Shown: piece by piece, positions 46,901 through 56,111 of the stretch
Numbering within the stretch: the first letter of the stretch is position 1
Layout: each line of letters begins with the position of its first letter
From: Podarcis erhardii
Lineage: Eukaryota
Strand: one strand, 5' to 3'
Assembly: GCA_964252035.1 (NCBI GenBank)
Contig: OZ176201.1
DNA length: 64,000 bases
The notes under the pieces: model-generated
The model's database searches: none
The model's input: the letters and a program-made list of their open reading frames with translations, nothing else
Told to the model about the DNA's origin: nothing
Position numbers and translations under genes: made by a program

Positions 46901-49900
46901 AAGACCCTGATGTTGGGAAAGATGGAGGGCACAAGGAGAAGGGGACGACAGAGGACGAGATGGTTGGACAGTGTTCTCGAAGCTACCAGCATGAGCTTGA
47001 CCAAACTGCGGGAGGCAGTGGAAGACAGGAGTACCTGGCATGCTCTGGTCCATGGGGTCACGAAGAGTCGGATACGACTAAACGACTAAACAACAACAAC
47101 ATTGAAAATTTTAATTAGAAAAAGGGGACATTGCTCCATTCTCAATCTCCCCCTGTGTTGCAGTATTACTAAAATTCTGGGACAGGCCAATTTGTTGTGT
47201 TCCCCATGGGTCATCCCAGGCATCTCCTATTTCCCCCTTCAACATCTCTGTCATTTTGTTGTCTTCCTTGATACCCTACTTCCCTTCTTTTTTTAAAAAA
47301 GTTCCAGAGTCACTCTAGAAAGTAGTATAGTTAATATCATTCTCATTGCTTCTGCAACTGAGCAGAACTAATGGCTCAACATCAAATATTATAGCGACAG
47401 ATTTCATGATCCTTATAACACATCTGAACATTTCAATTCAAATATCAATATTTGGTTCACAACGATGAAGGTCTTTTTTTTTTTTAACAGAAAAAAATGA
47501 ATATTGCAGAACTAGCAATGCTCTTATTTGCATATGCAGAAAACAGATAAGTATGTGCAGAAAACTCAATGTAGAAAAGTCAATGAGCAGGAACACACAG
47601 GCATCAACTTCAACTGTAATTTGGGAGACCTCACACATGTAGGCAGAAGGCATGTGAAAAGAAGCATTCCCTCTGCTTCTAGGGTGGCCAATGTGTCATG
47701 CAAGGAGTTACCAGGAGTCCTTCATGTTATGAGACAAAAGGAAAGGTTCCCCTCCCTTGGGCTCCTCCCCCCCTCCCACAACACCTACAAATAAAAGGAA
47801 GTTGCAGGGAAGGGGGATGAGATGTGCCATGACCCCTATAATAACAGCAATGACTGCCAATGGGCAGACTTTCACAGCCAGGTATTTTGGTAGTACAATC
47901 TGCCTGGGGCAGCGTGTGTGCCCTGCGCCTGGGGGCAGGGCGAGCCACCCATGGGGTGGGGCGAACTTGGACCGGATGCTCCGTGGGGGCTCCAGAGTCT
48001 GCCTGCCTCCTCCCACTCAGCTGCCCTACAGCAGTGGGTGGACCGTTTGGGCAGCGTGGAGCCTGCGGGCGCCCAAGGCACCGCGTCTCTCCCATGCTGC
48101 AGGCCCCGTGGTGAGTGCCGCCCACCATTTTGTCACCCCTCCTTCATGGTGACACCCGGGGTGGCCTGCCTCCACCATGCACCCCTTCCTCCACCCCTTT
48201 ATCTACACACTCACACCATGCTAACTCCCTGCGGATACACAATCTGGGTGCATGTTTGTATAGTCAATTTAGCTCCTGTGAAGCAGCAGCTATGACAGTT
48301 GCTTCATCGTGGATTTGAGAATGCCAGTGGTAGTAGCTCAGTTCACTTTCGCCAGATCCTCATTCCTGTTTGTTTAAGTCATGAAGATACTCAATGGTTC
48401 TGAACACCCCAAGAGAAACCGTGGAAATATTACAATGGAAGCTGTTCTCAGAGATCTTTTTACAGAGGATCATTCAAAAGGGTTAGTACACTTTAACTGC
48501 CCTGTTCTATTTACACTCAAGGTAGTAAAGGATAAAAAAGGAGCACAATCGTAAGTAATTCCACCTCTACCCATGTATATAGGTGAAGCAAGGATTCTAA
48601 TTTGGCTGGTGACTGCAAGAACACAGCAGCAGTTCATTAGATTTCAGTATCCTGAGAGGAAAAGATGGGATTTTGCACGTGTTGAAGAATGCAGAGCAAG
48701 TGCTCCTGTCTATAAAGACACAGGCAATCAAACAGGCATTTGGGAAAAGTAATTGGGGGAAAGAGGGGAATATAGCTTGCAGCAAAGGATATGCCATTGA
48801 GAAGGGAAAGACCTGCACACCTGGTCTATACAAACAAAACTGTATGTGTTAACATACCCTGAACATTACATGCTTGGATTAATTTCAGTTTAACTGAAGA
48901 GTTAATCACCTTGGAGAACAAATATATTGGGTGGCATAGGACTTCTAGAGAATGCCAGTTTTGTTGTCTGGGATCAGAATGGTTGATCTGTTTCTCATAG
49001 GTGGAAGCAGTGATCCCTATCCCATCAAGTTTTAAGCAAAAGAAAGTGTATATATAGAGAGGTAAAGTTACAGACTGTCAGGCACCAGGGGTCTCAAATC
49101 ACCAGTGCCGCTATGACAGCTGAACAGAAGAGGCTGAAGCTGCCTTTGGAAAGTGACCCACAGCATGCCAAAGTGAGACAGGGCTTTGCGAACTGTATGT
49201 ACGACCTTGATCTCCTCAAGAGTTACGTTTAAAGCACATGGCTTCCCCAAAGGATTCTGGGAACTGCAGTTTGTTAAGGGTGCTGGGAAGTGTAGATCTT
49301 TGCGGGGGTAAACTACAGTTCCCATTATTCTTTGTGGGAATCCATGTGCTTTAAATGTATGATGTGTGTGCAGCCCATATCTGAGCAGCAGATCCACCTT
49401 GATCAGCTTGTGCCCAATGTCCATCTTGACGTACACTTACACCAAACCGCAGCTTGTTCAATCTGTTGTCTCACAATACAGGGACAACCTATACATTGTC
49501 AGCAGCGTCATAGCTGCTTGTACACCTTTCCTGGCAATGCTTGAAGGGAAAATATTGTGTGGGTGCCAACATTGCTATGTGATTCCTTCCAGCAGACCAC
49601 AGCAATGGTGGTGGCAGTGACATGTGTGTGTGTGTGTGTGCCGCACAGCTAGTGTGGCTAATTAAAGACTAGCTTTTCCTGTCACTCACCCTCACCCATC
49701 TTTCATTTTAATGCTCTCCCAATGCACTCCCAACACTAAGAATGACAAATTAATAGACCTGTCCCTCCAGAGTATATCTGAGACCTAGAAGAGTTCATAG
49801 CCCCCACAGTAGCTTCACCATTCCCTTGGGAGATTACTTATCCCCCCTCCCCAGTTGCAGGACCATCCATCCACTCTCAGGCTAATGATTGGCTAGTCTA

Positions 49901-50675
49901 GTCATACAATCTGACATCCATACTGCCAGAATTAACCCCTTTTTTGCTTGACATGCTCTTGATCCTGCAATGGGGCACAATAATAAGTCATAGAACCAGT
50001 TATTGCCTAATGACACATCATGCAGGTATGTACTTTTGAATGTGCAGGTACCCACTGTTCTAAGAGTGTGTATAAATATTTTATTTCATATTAGTTTAGA
50101 GAAATGAGCGCAATGCATGTACAGCTTTTTGTCGTTGTGAAGAACGCAGGCATCTTCCAACCAGGCTGTGCTGCCTCATGCTTTAAGGAAATATCCTCTT
50201 TCATTGCCCTGGCACTCCCCAAGGTGTAAGAAAAGGAGGTGCGGCATAGAGCAAGTTTCTACCACGCCATATCTGCACATCCCACCATGTGGATTCAAGC
50301 ACCTCAGGCTTCCCGTTCGGGGTTCTCACTTAAGAATGGGTTGCCCACAATCACAGCCAAACATTCCACTCACCTGCACATGCTGCAGACAAAGCACTTT
50401 GGGTGGTAGGTCCGGCCCAAAGCTGAGATCACCTCTCCTGTGATGAAGTCTTGGCAGCTATCACATCGTGTGCCATAGAGCTTCTGGTAGTCATGGGTGC
50501 AGATGTATTCCCCGTTTTTAAAGAAGAAGCCGGACTGAGCTAGGTCACAGCCACACACTGCAGAGAGGGAAGCACACACAGACAGAGAAGGGTCAGCTTG
50601 TCAGTTATCTTTCCCAAAGCTGACCTGTTCTTCTAAAGCAGGGATGGGCAGAAGGTAGACCAAGCTATACTAGTA

Positions 50676-50733
<58 letters not shown>

Positions 50734-53700
50734 TTGCAGTATAGAATCACATAATTGTAGAGTTAGAAAGGACCCCGAGGATCATCTAGTTCAATCCTGG
50801 TGATGCATGAACATGCAGTTGTCCTATATGGGGACTGAACCTGCAATCCTAGCATTATCTGCCCCACGCTTTAACCAGTTGAACTATCCAGCTATTTTAA
50901 AAACAACAAGGAGGGTTTTTTGTTTAGGTCAACAGGTTGCTGACTCCCAAATAGACAACAGCAACAACAGGATGGCTTTTCCCTTCTAAATTAGGCAGCT
51001 GAAATGAAGCAAGGACTTTTATGTGAAAGGACGTTGAGCTCAATGCAGTTCTGATACTGAGAATATATTCGGAAGGCTCAGAATGCTCTCAGGCGCAGCT
51101 TGTTCCTTAATTCCTGTTCTTTAATGTGTTTCTTTCATGCGGGACACTGAGGTCCAGCACCGAGGGCCTTCTGGCGATTCCCTCACTGCGAGAGGCCAAG
51201 TTACAGGGAACCAGGCAGAGGGCCTTCTCGGTAGTGGCGCCCTCCCTGTGGAACGCCCTCCCACCAGATGTCAAAGAGAACAACAACTACCAGACTTTTA
51301 GAAGACATCTGAAGGAAGCCCTGTTTAGGGAAGCTTTTAATGTTTGATGTATTACAGTATTTTAATATTTTTTGGAAGCCGCCCAGAGTGGCTGGGGAGG
51401 CCCAGCCAGATGGGCGGGGTATAAATAATAAATTATTATTATTATTATTAGTAGTAGTAGTAGATCCTGAGGTTCTGAGTAAAAAGCAAAGCGGGCCCCA
51501 CAAGTCCAATATCTGACTGCCTTGTTTTGAAGAGCTTGCGTGAGGTGCTACAACAGAGTTGGGGGTGCACAGACAGAAGGAACGTTCCTTGGTCAGAGCA
51601 AAGACACCGAGCTGGGAAAGGAAGCCTGAGAACATTTCCTTGGGCAGTTTGGATGTGTTCGTTCTTCAGGGTGCCTACCCTTTAAACCCAACAAAACGAA
51701 CTAAAGGGCCAAGCCCCACAAGATGTCACTGTTGGGTTGCTGGCAAGGTCCAGGATAAAAAGAGAAAGAGAAAGCAGGCAGGCCTGTTTTGGGGAGATTT
51801 GTGCCCTGCTGAGAGAAAGCGCTTGGCTGCTGCTTTGGGAAATTGTCTGTGAGCCTCGGAGCATGACGGCAACAGACTTTGCCTTCTTTAATTGGGCATT
51901 AGCAGACAGCAAGAGGGTACCTGGGCAGAGCAGCCTGGCAGAGGGAAGTCTGACCTCTGCTCAGGCAACAGGAGATTTATGCCATCCATCCTGCTTCTCA
52001 GCGTGACGCTGGGGCATCGTATCATTACTGGCTGCTGCAACAACCACAAGAGAGAATGGAAAATGTAGGCAGTGGCATTCCCTGTCTTCCTAGTCTCCCT
52101 GTGAGGTGACTGAGAGAAACTTGTCACAAAATGGACAAATGGCTCACTTACCAAAAACACACACACACACACACACTTAGACTTATGGAAAGAAGGGGAA
52201 GATTTGACCCATGGCTTTGGACTGCATCTTTTCAATGTGGTTGTGAAGGACCACATCCACAGCATACATTTGAATGCACTATGGTACCACTTTAAACAGT
52301 CAAGGCTTTCCCCAAAGAATTCTGGTGCTGAGAGTTGTTAGGAGACCCCATTCCCCTCACAGAGCTACAAATCCCAGAGGGGCTGAACAATCAACCCCTC
52401 CTTGCAATGAACTCTGGGAATTGTAGCTCTGTGAAGGGAAGAAATTCTGATTGGTGGAAAGTGGCTGGCAAGGTGTGCCCTGCAGTTTGCCCTGCAGTCC
52501 CTAAGGTAGATTGCTGCCCTAGTATGGCTGCTGCACCTGAGGTGACTCGCCTAGAGCGACATGCTCCGTAGAGGGCAGGAGATCCCAATCTGGCCTTCGC
52601 GACAGCTTCCAACTCAGCTTCTGGTAAATGGAAGATGCAGCCAAAAGCTGAAACCTGGGAGCTGCGATGGCACTGGTTTCCTTCCACCCTGCCAGGCACA
52701 GGTCCAGATTTAGGGAGAGGTGAGTGGCACAGCTTGCCTCAGGTGCCAAAAGATCTCAAACTGGCCTTGCTGGCAGGTGAATATGAGAGCATATAGACCT
52801 GCTTGATTCCCTCTTATCCTGAAGGCTGTGAGCACCTCCAGATATGATGGCTTGCCTAGATTTGCTGCTTGAAACCTGGTGAACCACACATTGCTTTTAG
52901 TATTGATGATGGAATAACGGACTGCGCAGCCCCTGCAATTCCTGCTTTCTCACCTTATCTTGGACCCATGAACAAGTTTTCTTAGGAGCCATTTTCTACA
53001 TGAGCTCCGCACACAAAAGTTCAGAGGTTTGGAGTGGGCAGCAGGACAGGCGTGTTCAGAGCCCATCGCTTCAGCATGTTCTGAGCCCATGCTGAGTTCT
53101 GCTGAGACGTGAGTGTTGGGAAATACTTCAGCTCATCCTTGCCCTGCAGATGGAAGGGTGGCTGGGGAGGAGCAACGTTGAGATGTTGTAAAACTTAATG
53201 GCCCAGAACGGATGCGAAAGGGCTCCTTAATGCAGTTATTGAAACAGCTGCTCTTATGAAGGGGCAGTAACCGGATCTATAAATTTTACAGTGGGAATTG
53301 TCAGAGCTAGATAAGGCACCCTGTTAATTCCCACTCTTACTGTTTTCCACAATTTATTTTAATTAATTAATTAATTAATTAAATTTATGGCTCGCCCTTC
53401 CTCCCCAAGGATCCCAGGGTGGCAAACGAGTGATAAAGCAATGCATACATCTTAAGAGCATCTTTAAAACAATCTCAGTACAATGAAGAATGGCAGATGC
53501 AAGTAATAGACTACATGGAGATGGCAGAAATGACTGGCAGAATCCGAGACCTGGGAGAAGAAGCGGTGGAAGAGGACTGGAAGAAGTTTAAGGACTATTT
53601 GCAAAAATACTGCAAAGTTTATGAATGCTAAAACGATGTTGGATATAAAAATAATATGGCATTAGTGATACAGGTTTAAAAAGTATGTAAAAATGTAATA

Positions 53701-55118
53701 GAAAAAGGGTGAAAGACTAAAGTTATATTATGTCAAAAGTAAACAATATGTTAAAGGTGTTTAAACATAAAGAGAAAAGATTGGAGACATAATAGAATGA
53801 TTCTAATAATTAGAAATGAGTTTTGAAAGAGGGTAAGGATTTGCTGTATCTGATTGGGTAAAAGGAACACAAAAAAGGGAGGCGTGAGGAAGTCAAGAAA
53901 GAAAGATTTTAAAGCATGAATTTAAACGTTGGAGTTCTTATTTTTCTTTTTTTTCTTTTTGATGGATGGAATTTTCTTTTTTCTGTATTTTGTTCTTCTT
54001 ATTTGTTATATGTGTATATTTGACTTTGTTCTTTTTTTAATTTTTGTGGTTGTTATGTTCTTTTTTCTTTTGTAAAAGCTAATAAATATATTTTAATAAA
54101 TAAATAAATAAATAAAACAATCTCAGTACAGATGCTGACTGGGAAAGAGCTCAACTTTAAAGGCCTTTTGGAAGAGGAAACTTTTCAATAGGCACCAAAA
54201 TATGGCACCTCTTTAATATTTAATGGGAAGAAGCAAGTTCCTAATGCAAAAATATGTGATTTGAAGGCTGCAGCATTCTTTTCAGACCTTCCAAGTGCCC
54301 CTATTTTCCAGGGATAGTTCTGGATTTACAGCAGCCATCTCGGTTTCTGATTTGATCCTGGAATGTCCTGCTTTTCCTTAGGATGTCCCTATGTTAATTG
54401 GAGAAATGTTGGAGGGTATGCAGTTATGCAATCCCCGAGCCATCACAAGGCAGCCCTGTTTGGGAATTTTTATAATGTTTAATGTTTTATTTTGTTTTTA
54501 TATATGTTGGAAGTCGCCCAGAGTGGCTGGCGCAACCCAGTCTGATGGGCGGGGTCTAAATAATAGAATCATAGAATCTTAAGAGTTGGAAGGGACCTGG
54601 AGGGTCATCTAGTCCAGTGCAGGAATCTCAGCTAAGCATCCATGACAGATGGCCATTCAACTTTTGCTTAAAAAAGCTCCAAGAAAGGTGAGCCCACCAC
54701 CTCTCCCATGGGCAAAAATTAATTTATTGTTGTTATTATAGATTTTTCAACGGAGATATGTTGAAGGGTATATTCTTTGCCTTTCCTCATTGTCACAATC
54801 AGTAAATGGACGCAGTGAATCCATAAGCTTCGGACAAGTGTTGAGTGCTTCTTAAATGCTAAACTGAACACTGCCTTCGCTTGTGAAGGGCTTGATCCTG
54901 TTGAATGGGGAGGAATGCCTGACTCTAACCTTTGTGTCCATTTTGAGCAAGGCAGCTTCGTCATCCCCCAAAGCACCTACCTTGGCAGGTGAAGCATCTG
55001 ATGTGGAAGTGATTGCTCTGGACACGCACCACCTCCCCTTTACATGTATCTCCGCAGCGATAACAGTGGATGATGGTGGGACGGCCCCCAGGGTTGTACG
55101 GGTTTTGCTGGAAAGGAA
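548..55118 (-). CDS. ABLIM3: ABLIM3 spliced CDS, partial at both ends (18 exons, 1778 nt): 4 LIM domains + AbLIM anchor/linker
   Basis: Exons join in frame with GT-AG sites. The peptide matches recalled vertebrate ABLIM3 (e.g. [56 protein letters not shown]). Paralogs ABLIM1/2 differ in these linker motifs. Confidence 0.96.
772..970 (-). mobile_element. Degenerate CORE-type (Squam3/Ther1/MIR-like) SINE
   Basis: Shares the cctcgcaacaaccctgtgaggtag core and a degraded tRNA-like head with the elements at 7.5-7.8 kb. Confidence 0.55.
1496..1525 (-). CDS. ABLIM3: ABLIM3 exon ~19 (30 nt): (S)PRSHYLADS
   Basis: Acceptor tcttcctccacag|CA, donor G|gtacgt; phase 1 to 1; too short for the ORF track. 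Confidence 0.93.
2318..2559. mobile_element. Tc1/mariner-type MITE, copy 1 (242 bp)
   Basis: TIR CAG(T/G)TGTACCT...AGGTACCACTG, flanked by TA on both sides; homologous to the 16872 and 45287 copies. Confidence 0.85.
4518..4665 (-). CDS. ABLIM3: ABLIM3 exon ~18 (148 nt): [49 protein letters not shown]
   Basis: Acceptor gatag|CTC, donor T|gtaagc; phase 0 to 1. Confidence 0.95.
4974..5255 (+). mobile_element. Old L1-type LINE 3' fragment
   Basis: Reads [13 protein letters not shown], resembling the ORF2 C-terminus at 53.5 kb, followed by an AT-rich UTR and A-rich end. Confidence 0.55.
5605..5669 (-). CDS. ABLIM3: ABLIM3 exon ~17 (65 nt): (A)[21 protein letters not shown]
   Basis: Acceptor ctttgtag|CA, donor AAG|gtgagt; phase 1 to 0. 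Confidence 0.95.
6009..6670. mobile_element. Small palindromic hAT-like MITE split by a CR1 insertion
   Basis: Ends ggatggggaac ... gttccccatccct; internal gggatgatgggag motif shared with the other small MITEs. Confidence 0.7.
6029..6574 (+). mobile_element. Young 5'-truncated CR1 LINE fragment
   Basis: [23 protein letters not shown]...; (ATTCTATG)n tail; TSD TCTAGAT (6022-6028 / 6575-6581); 10-bp deletion relative to the 39 kb copy. Confidence 0.95.
6826..6960 (-). CDS. ABLIM3: ABLIM3 exon ~16 (135 nt): (D)[44 protein letters not shown]
   Basis: Acceptor ttttgcag|AT, donor G|gtaaca; phase 1 to 1. Confidence 0.95.
7583..7832 (-). mobile_element. Squam3-like CORE-SINE, near full length
   Basis: Minus-strand tRNA head CCAGTGTGGTGTAGTGGTTAAGAG..GGGTTCGC, core GGGTGACCTTGGGCAGGTCAC and (CTT)n tail; adjoins an older related fragment at ~7480-7582. 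Confidence 0.8.
8029..8210 (+). mobile_element. tRNA-derived SINE (Squam2-like)
   Basis: gctttgcatgcagaag..caggttccatccc..atctccaggtag body. Related copies at ~25379-25553(-), ~34575-34735(-), ~57010-57170(+), ~60455-60570(+) and ~63265-63410(-). Confidence 0.65.
8230..8356. mobile_element. Small palindromic hAT-like MITE
   Basis: cagatgctgttggactacaactcccatcatcccc arm. Related copies at ~18533-18645, ~19578-19719, ~36133-36272 and ~44915-44990. Confidence 0.65.
9611..9774 (-). mobile_element. Sauria SINE, 3'-truncated
   Basis: Head GGGACGCGGGTGGCGCTATGGG; colinear with the 5' half of the 60.8-61.2 kb copy. Confidence 0.85.
11095..11435 (+). mobile_element. Old L2 LINE ORF2 C-terminal remnant
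   Basis: Translates as [23 protein letters not shown], the L2 LHWLP motif. Confidence 0.7.
12041..12091 (-). CDS. ABLIM3: ABLIM3 exon ~15 (51 nt): (A)[16 protein letters not shown]
   Basis: Acceptor cctccag|CT after a long pyrimidine tract, donor G|gtacag; phase 1 to 1. Confidence 0.9.
13970..14068 (-). CDS. ABLIM3: ABLIM3 exon ~14 (99 nt): (G)[32 protein letters not shown]
   Basis: Acceptor tttcaag|GA, donor G|gtaggc; phase 1 to 1. Confidence 0.95.
15068..15197 (-). CDS. ABLIM3: ABLIM3 exon ~13 (130 nt): [43 protein letters not shown]
   Basis: Acceptor tttcccag|GAT, donor G|gtaagc; phase 0 to 1. Confidence 0.96.
15409..15544. mobile_element. hAT-type MITE forming a near-perfect hairpin (136 bp)
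   Basis: TIR CAGTGATGGCCAAA; 8-bp TSD CCCTAAAG/CCCTAGAT (6/8); ~58-bp arms. Confidence 0.85.
15789..15856. repeat. Compound microsatellite (GT)n(GA)n
   Basis: Directly visible. Confidence 0.98.
16074..16103 (-). CDS. ABLIM3: ABLIM3 exon ~12 (30 nt): [10 protein letters not shown]
   Basis: Acceptor cttctag|TCT, donor CAG|gtaatc; phase 0 to 0; peptide identical to the recalled human sequence. Confidence 0.93.
16872..17107. mobile_element. Tc1/mariner-type MITE, copy 2 (236 bp)
   Basis: TA|CAGTGGTACCTCG ... CGAGGTACCACTG|TA. Confidence 0.88.
17443..17697. mobile_element. Palindromic MITE, PIF/Harbinger-like
   Basis: TIR GGGCT(C/T)ATCCA; 3-bp TSD TGT; internal inverted repeat around tcagagc..aatgtc. 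Second copy at 27550-27812 in the same orientation. Confidence 0.6.
18729..18884 (-). CDS. ABLIM3: ABLIM3 exon ~11 (156 nt): [52 protein letters not shown]
   Basis: Acceptor ccttag|GCT, donor GAG|gtacag; AbLIM anchor-region motif. Confidence 0.96.
19465..19536 (-). CDS. ABLIM3: ABLIM3 exon ~10 (72 nt): [24 protein letters not shown]
   Basis: Acceptor tacacag|CAC, donor TGT|gtaagt; phase 0 to 0. Confidence 0.95.
20326..20688 (+). mobile_element. L2 LINE 3' fragment with (TAT)n tail
   Basis: NGLGPVY and RAF.VVAP.LWN.LP motifs; 3' end ctgcccagagtggctgggg; homologous to the 51.1 kb copy. Confidence 0.8.
21846..21904 (-). CDS. ABLIM3: ABLIM3 exon ~9 (59 nt): (G)[19 protein letters not shown]
   Basis: Acceptor ttccag|GT, donor AAG|gtaaga; end of LIM4. 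Confidence 0.95.
26625..26712 (-). CDS. ABLIM3: ABLIM3 exon ~8 (88 nt): [29 protein letters not shown]
   Basis: Acceptor tgtttag|GCA, donor G|gtagga; LIM4 HxxC/CxxC motifs. Confidence 0.95.
27550..27812. mobile_element. Palindromic MITE, PIF/Harbinger-like (copy 2)
   Basis: gggctcatccacactt ... aagtgtggacaagccc; no clear TSD. Confidence 0.6.
28314..28386 (+). mobile_element. L2-type 3' terminus with (TTA)n tail
   Basis: agccgccctgagcc..gggagggcgggatataaataaaattt(att)n. Confidence 0.6.
34930..35545 (+). mobile_element. Old degenerate CR1 3' fragment
   Basis: Degraded CR1 C-terminal motifs ([20 protein letters not shown]) with frameshifts, followed by the 3' UTR. A similar UTR piece lies at ~9470-9570. 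Confidence 0.75.
36379..36417 (-). ncRNA. Minimal type I hammerhead ribozyme motif (ABLIM3 sense)
   Basis: GUAU-CUGAAGA-A-GUGUG(CAUG)CACAC-GAAAGCUC-AUAC: core CUGANGA and GAAA, stem II, palindromic AGCU stem III, UC cleavage triplet end, 4-bp stem I. Activity not shown. Confidence 0.6.
36454..36493 (+). ncRNA. Minimal type I hammerhead ribozyme motif (antisense to ABLIM3)
   Basis: GGUAU-CUGAAGA-A-GUGUGCAUGCACAC-GAAAGCUC-AUACC, 5-bp stem I, predicted cleavage after C36488. Activity not shown. Confidence 0.6.
37015..37108 (-). CDS. ABLIM3: ABLIM3 exon ~7 (94 nt): [31 protein letters not shown]
   Basis: Acceptor ttcccacag|G, donor GAG|gtgagt; phase 2 to 0. Confidence 0.95.
38968..40222 (+). 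mobile_element. Young 5'-truncated CR1 LINE (~1.25 kb) with an uninterrupted RT/ORF2 3' portion
   Basis: Open frame 38972-40141 ([32 protein letters not shown]); (ATTCTATG)n tail. Confidence 0.97.
40919..41045 (-). CDS. ABLIM3: ABLIM3 exon ~6 (127 nt): (Q)[41 protein letters not shown](K)
   Basis: Acceptor ttcccag|AA, donor AA|gtgcgt; LIM3. Confidence 0.95.
41288..42010. mobile_element. hAT-like element apparently interrupted by a ~430-bp insert (~41487-41912), possibly a solo LTR
   Basis: The distal part is related (inverted) to 46135-46240. The insert begins TGTCAC and has a ttggaccttgaccttggac block, but no TSD was found. Confidence 0.3.
45287..45528. mobile_element. Tc1/mariner-type MITE, copy 3 (242 bp)
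   Basis: TA|CAGTGGTACCT ... AGGTACCACTG|TA. Confidence 0.88.
46513..46625 (-). CDS. ABLIM3: ABLIM3 exon ~5 (113 nt): [37 protein letters not shown]
   Basis: Acceptor ctttcag|G, donor C|gtaagt; phase 2 to 1. Confidence 0.95.
46865..47100 (+). mobile_element. RTE-BovB LINE 3' fragment
   Basis: [41 protein letters not shown]; (CAA)n tail; TSD ATTGAAAATTT (46857-46867 / 47101-47111). Confidence 0.93.
47905..48200. mobile_element. GC/CpG-rich non-autonomous DNA-transposon-like element
   Basis: Abrupt GC-rich block with a ccccgggtgtcacc..ggggtgacaaaatg internal inverted repeat; family uncertain. Confidence 0.4.
49228..49356. mobile_element. Palindromic MITE core
   Basis: tttaaagcacatgg..gggaactgcagttt / aaactacagttccc..ccatgtgctttaaa. 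Relatives at ~52255-52445 and ~61680-61900. Confidence 0.6.
50374..50557 (-). CDS. ABLIM3: ABLIM3 exon ~4 (184 nt): (V)[60 protein letters not shown](R)
   Basis: Acceptor ctctctgcag|TG, donor AG|gtgagt; LIM1 end and LIM2. Confidence 0.96.
50678..50730. repeat. (TC)n microsatellite
   Basis: Directly visible. Other SSRs: (TAT)n ~43880-43913, (GA)n ~43437-43470, (TTTA)n ~56085-56112, (CT)n(CA)n ~60675-60749. Confidence 0.97.
50741..50893 (-). mobile_element. tRNA-headed SINE with a CR1-like 3' end
   Basis: Minus-strand head tagttcaactggttaaagc..gcaggttcagtcccc; tail gtcctttctaactctacaattatgtgattcta. Confidence 0.6.
51140..51463 (+). mobile_element. L2 LINE 3' fragment with (TAT)n(TAG)n tail
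   Basis: ORF ..[31 protein letters not shown]. Confidence 0.85.
53483..54113 (+). mobile_element. 5'-truncated L1-clade LINE with a long AT-rich 3' UTR and (TAAA)n tail
   Basis: [35 protein letters not shown]; TSD AAAACAATCTCAGTACA at a TTT/AAAA site. Confidence 0.85.
54450..54710. mobile_element. L2 3' end (+, ~54450-54562) abutting a CR1 3' end (-, ~54562-54710), tail to tail
   Basis: gtcgcccagagtggctgg then atagaatcatagaatc..agagttggaagggacc. Confidence 0.7.
54981..55118 (-). CDS. ABLIM3: ABLIM3 exon ~3 (138 nt): (x)[45 protein letters not shown]
   Basis: Acceptor cccagcag|TT (NAGNAG), donor G|gtaggt; LIM1 start; phase 1 to 1. Confidence 0.95.
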
Positions 55119-56076
55119 CTGCTGGGGAATAGAAAAGGCAGAGCTTGTTAGCAAGCATGCAGGAGGACCGATAGTCAAGAACAGCCAGCTTAGACAAATA
55201 CATGAGCTGATTTCTTTCCTTGCAGAATTTAGTGTGCAAGCTATAGGGCCAAGTGCAGGCTGGTGTTTCATTTCACGTATTGTTTTGGGAAGTGCAAATT
55301 AAGTGGATTTGCATAAAAAAGCAAACAGATCAAAAACCTCTCCCATTCTTATGCAAAATAAGGGCCTCAGCTCTGCACCTCTAGTCAGTCAGAATTTTAA
55401 CATTCAGTAAAGCAGTTTTGGGTGGAGCTCTTTCTTCATCTCCCCCCCCCCCCGCATCTACCTCTTCATGAATGGATGTGTGTGTGTGTAAAATGCTTGA
55501 TATTGGTGCACAGTTTAAGGCAACACTGCTTAAGGGTGGAGGTGGGGGAAGAAAGACCATAGGATCTAGACATTCTTGAAGAGGGCTGCCTTTCCAAAGA
55601 GATTCTGAGTTCTCCGGGGAATTCTCACATCAAAAGTGAAGGTCAGATTTGTCAAGGTTAGTCTGACTACTAGACCCTGAGAATTCTCCAGGGAAGCATC
55701 TGATGTATCTGTCTCTGAGCCCTTTCAAAGTAGGCGGCCGAGACCCCCTGGAGAATGGATTGAGAGATAAGGGCTTCCTAACCCTTCTGAATCTTGCAGA
55801 GCGCCCTTGCAAAGGGAATAGTTTTCTCTACATCTGTTTCTCTTTCTTTGATGCTTGTTCAGCAAAACTATGTATTCTGCAGACCACAGAGGGTCTGTCA
55901 ACATAACCAAACCCCCACAACCCCAAACCATGCTCTTATTAGGGAGTATACAGTACCAGTAGTATATATATCTTTTGCCATGTAATGGTAGTGGAGGTTA
56001 ACTTTGCTGCTCAGGAATGATTCCCTTCTTGTAAACAGGTAAGCTTTTTTAAAAAATTATTTGACACCTTTTGACT

Positions 56077-56111
<35 letters not shown>

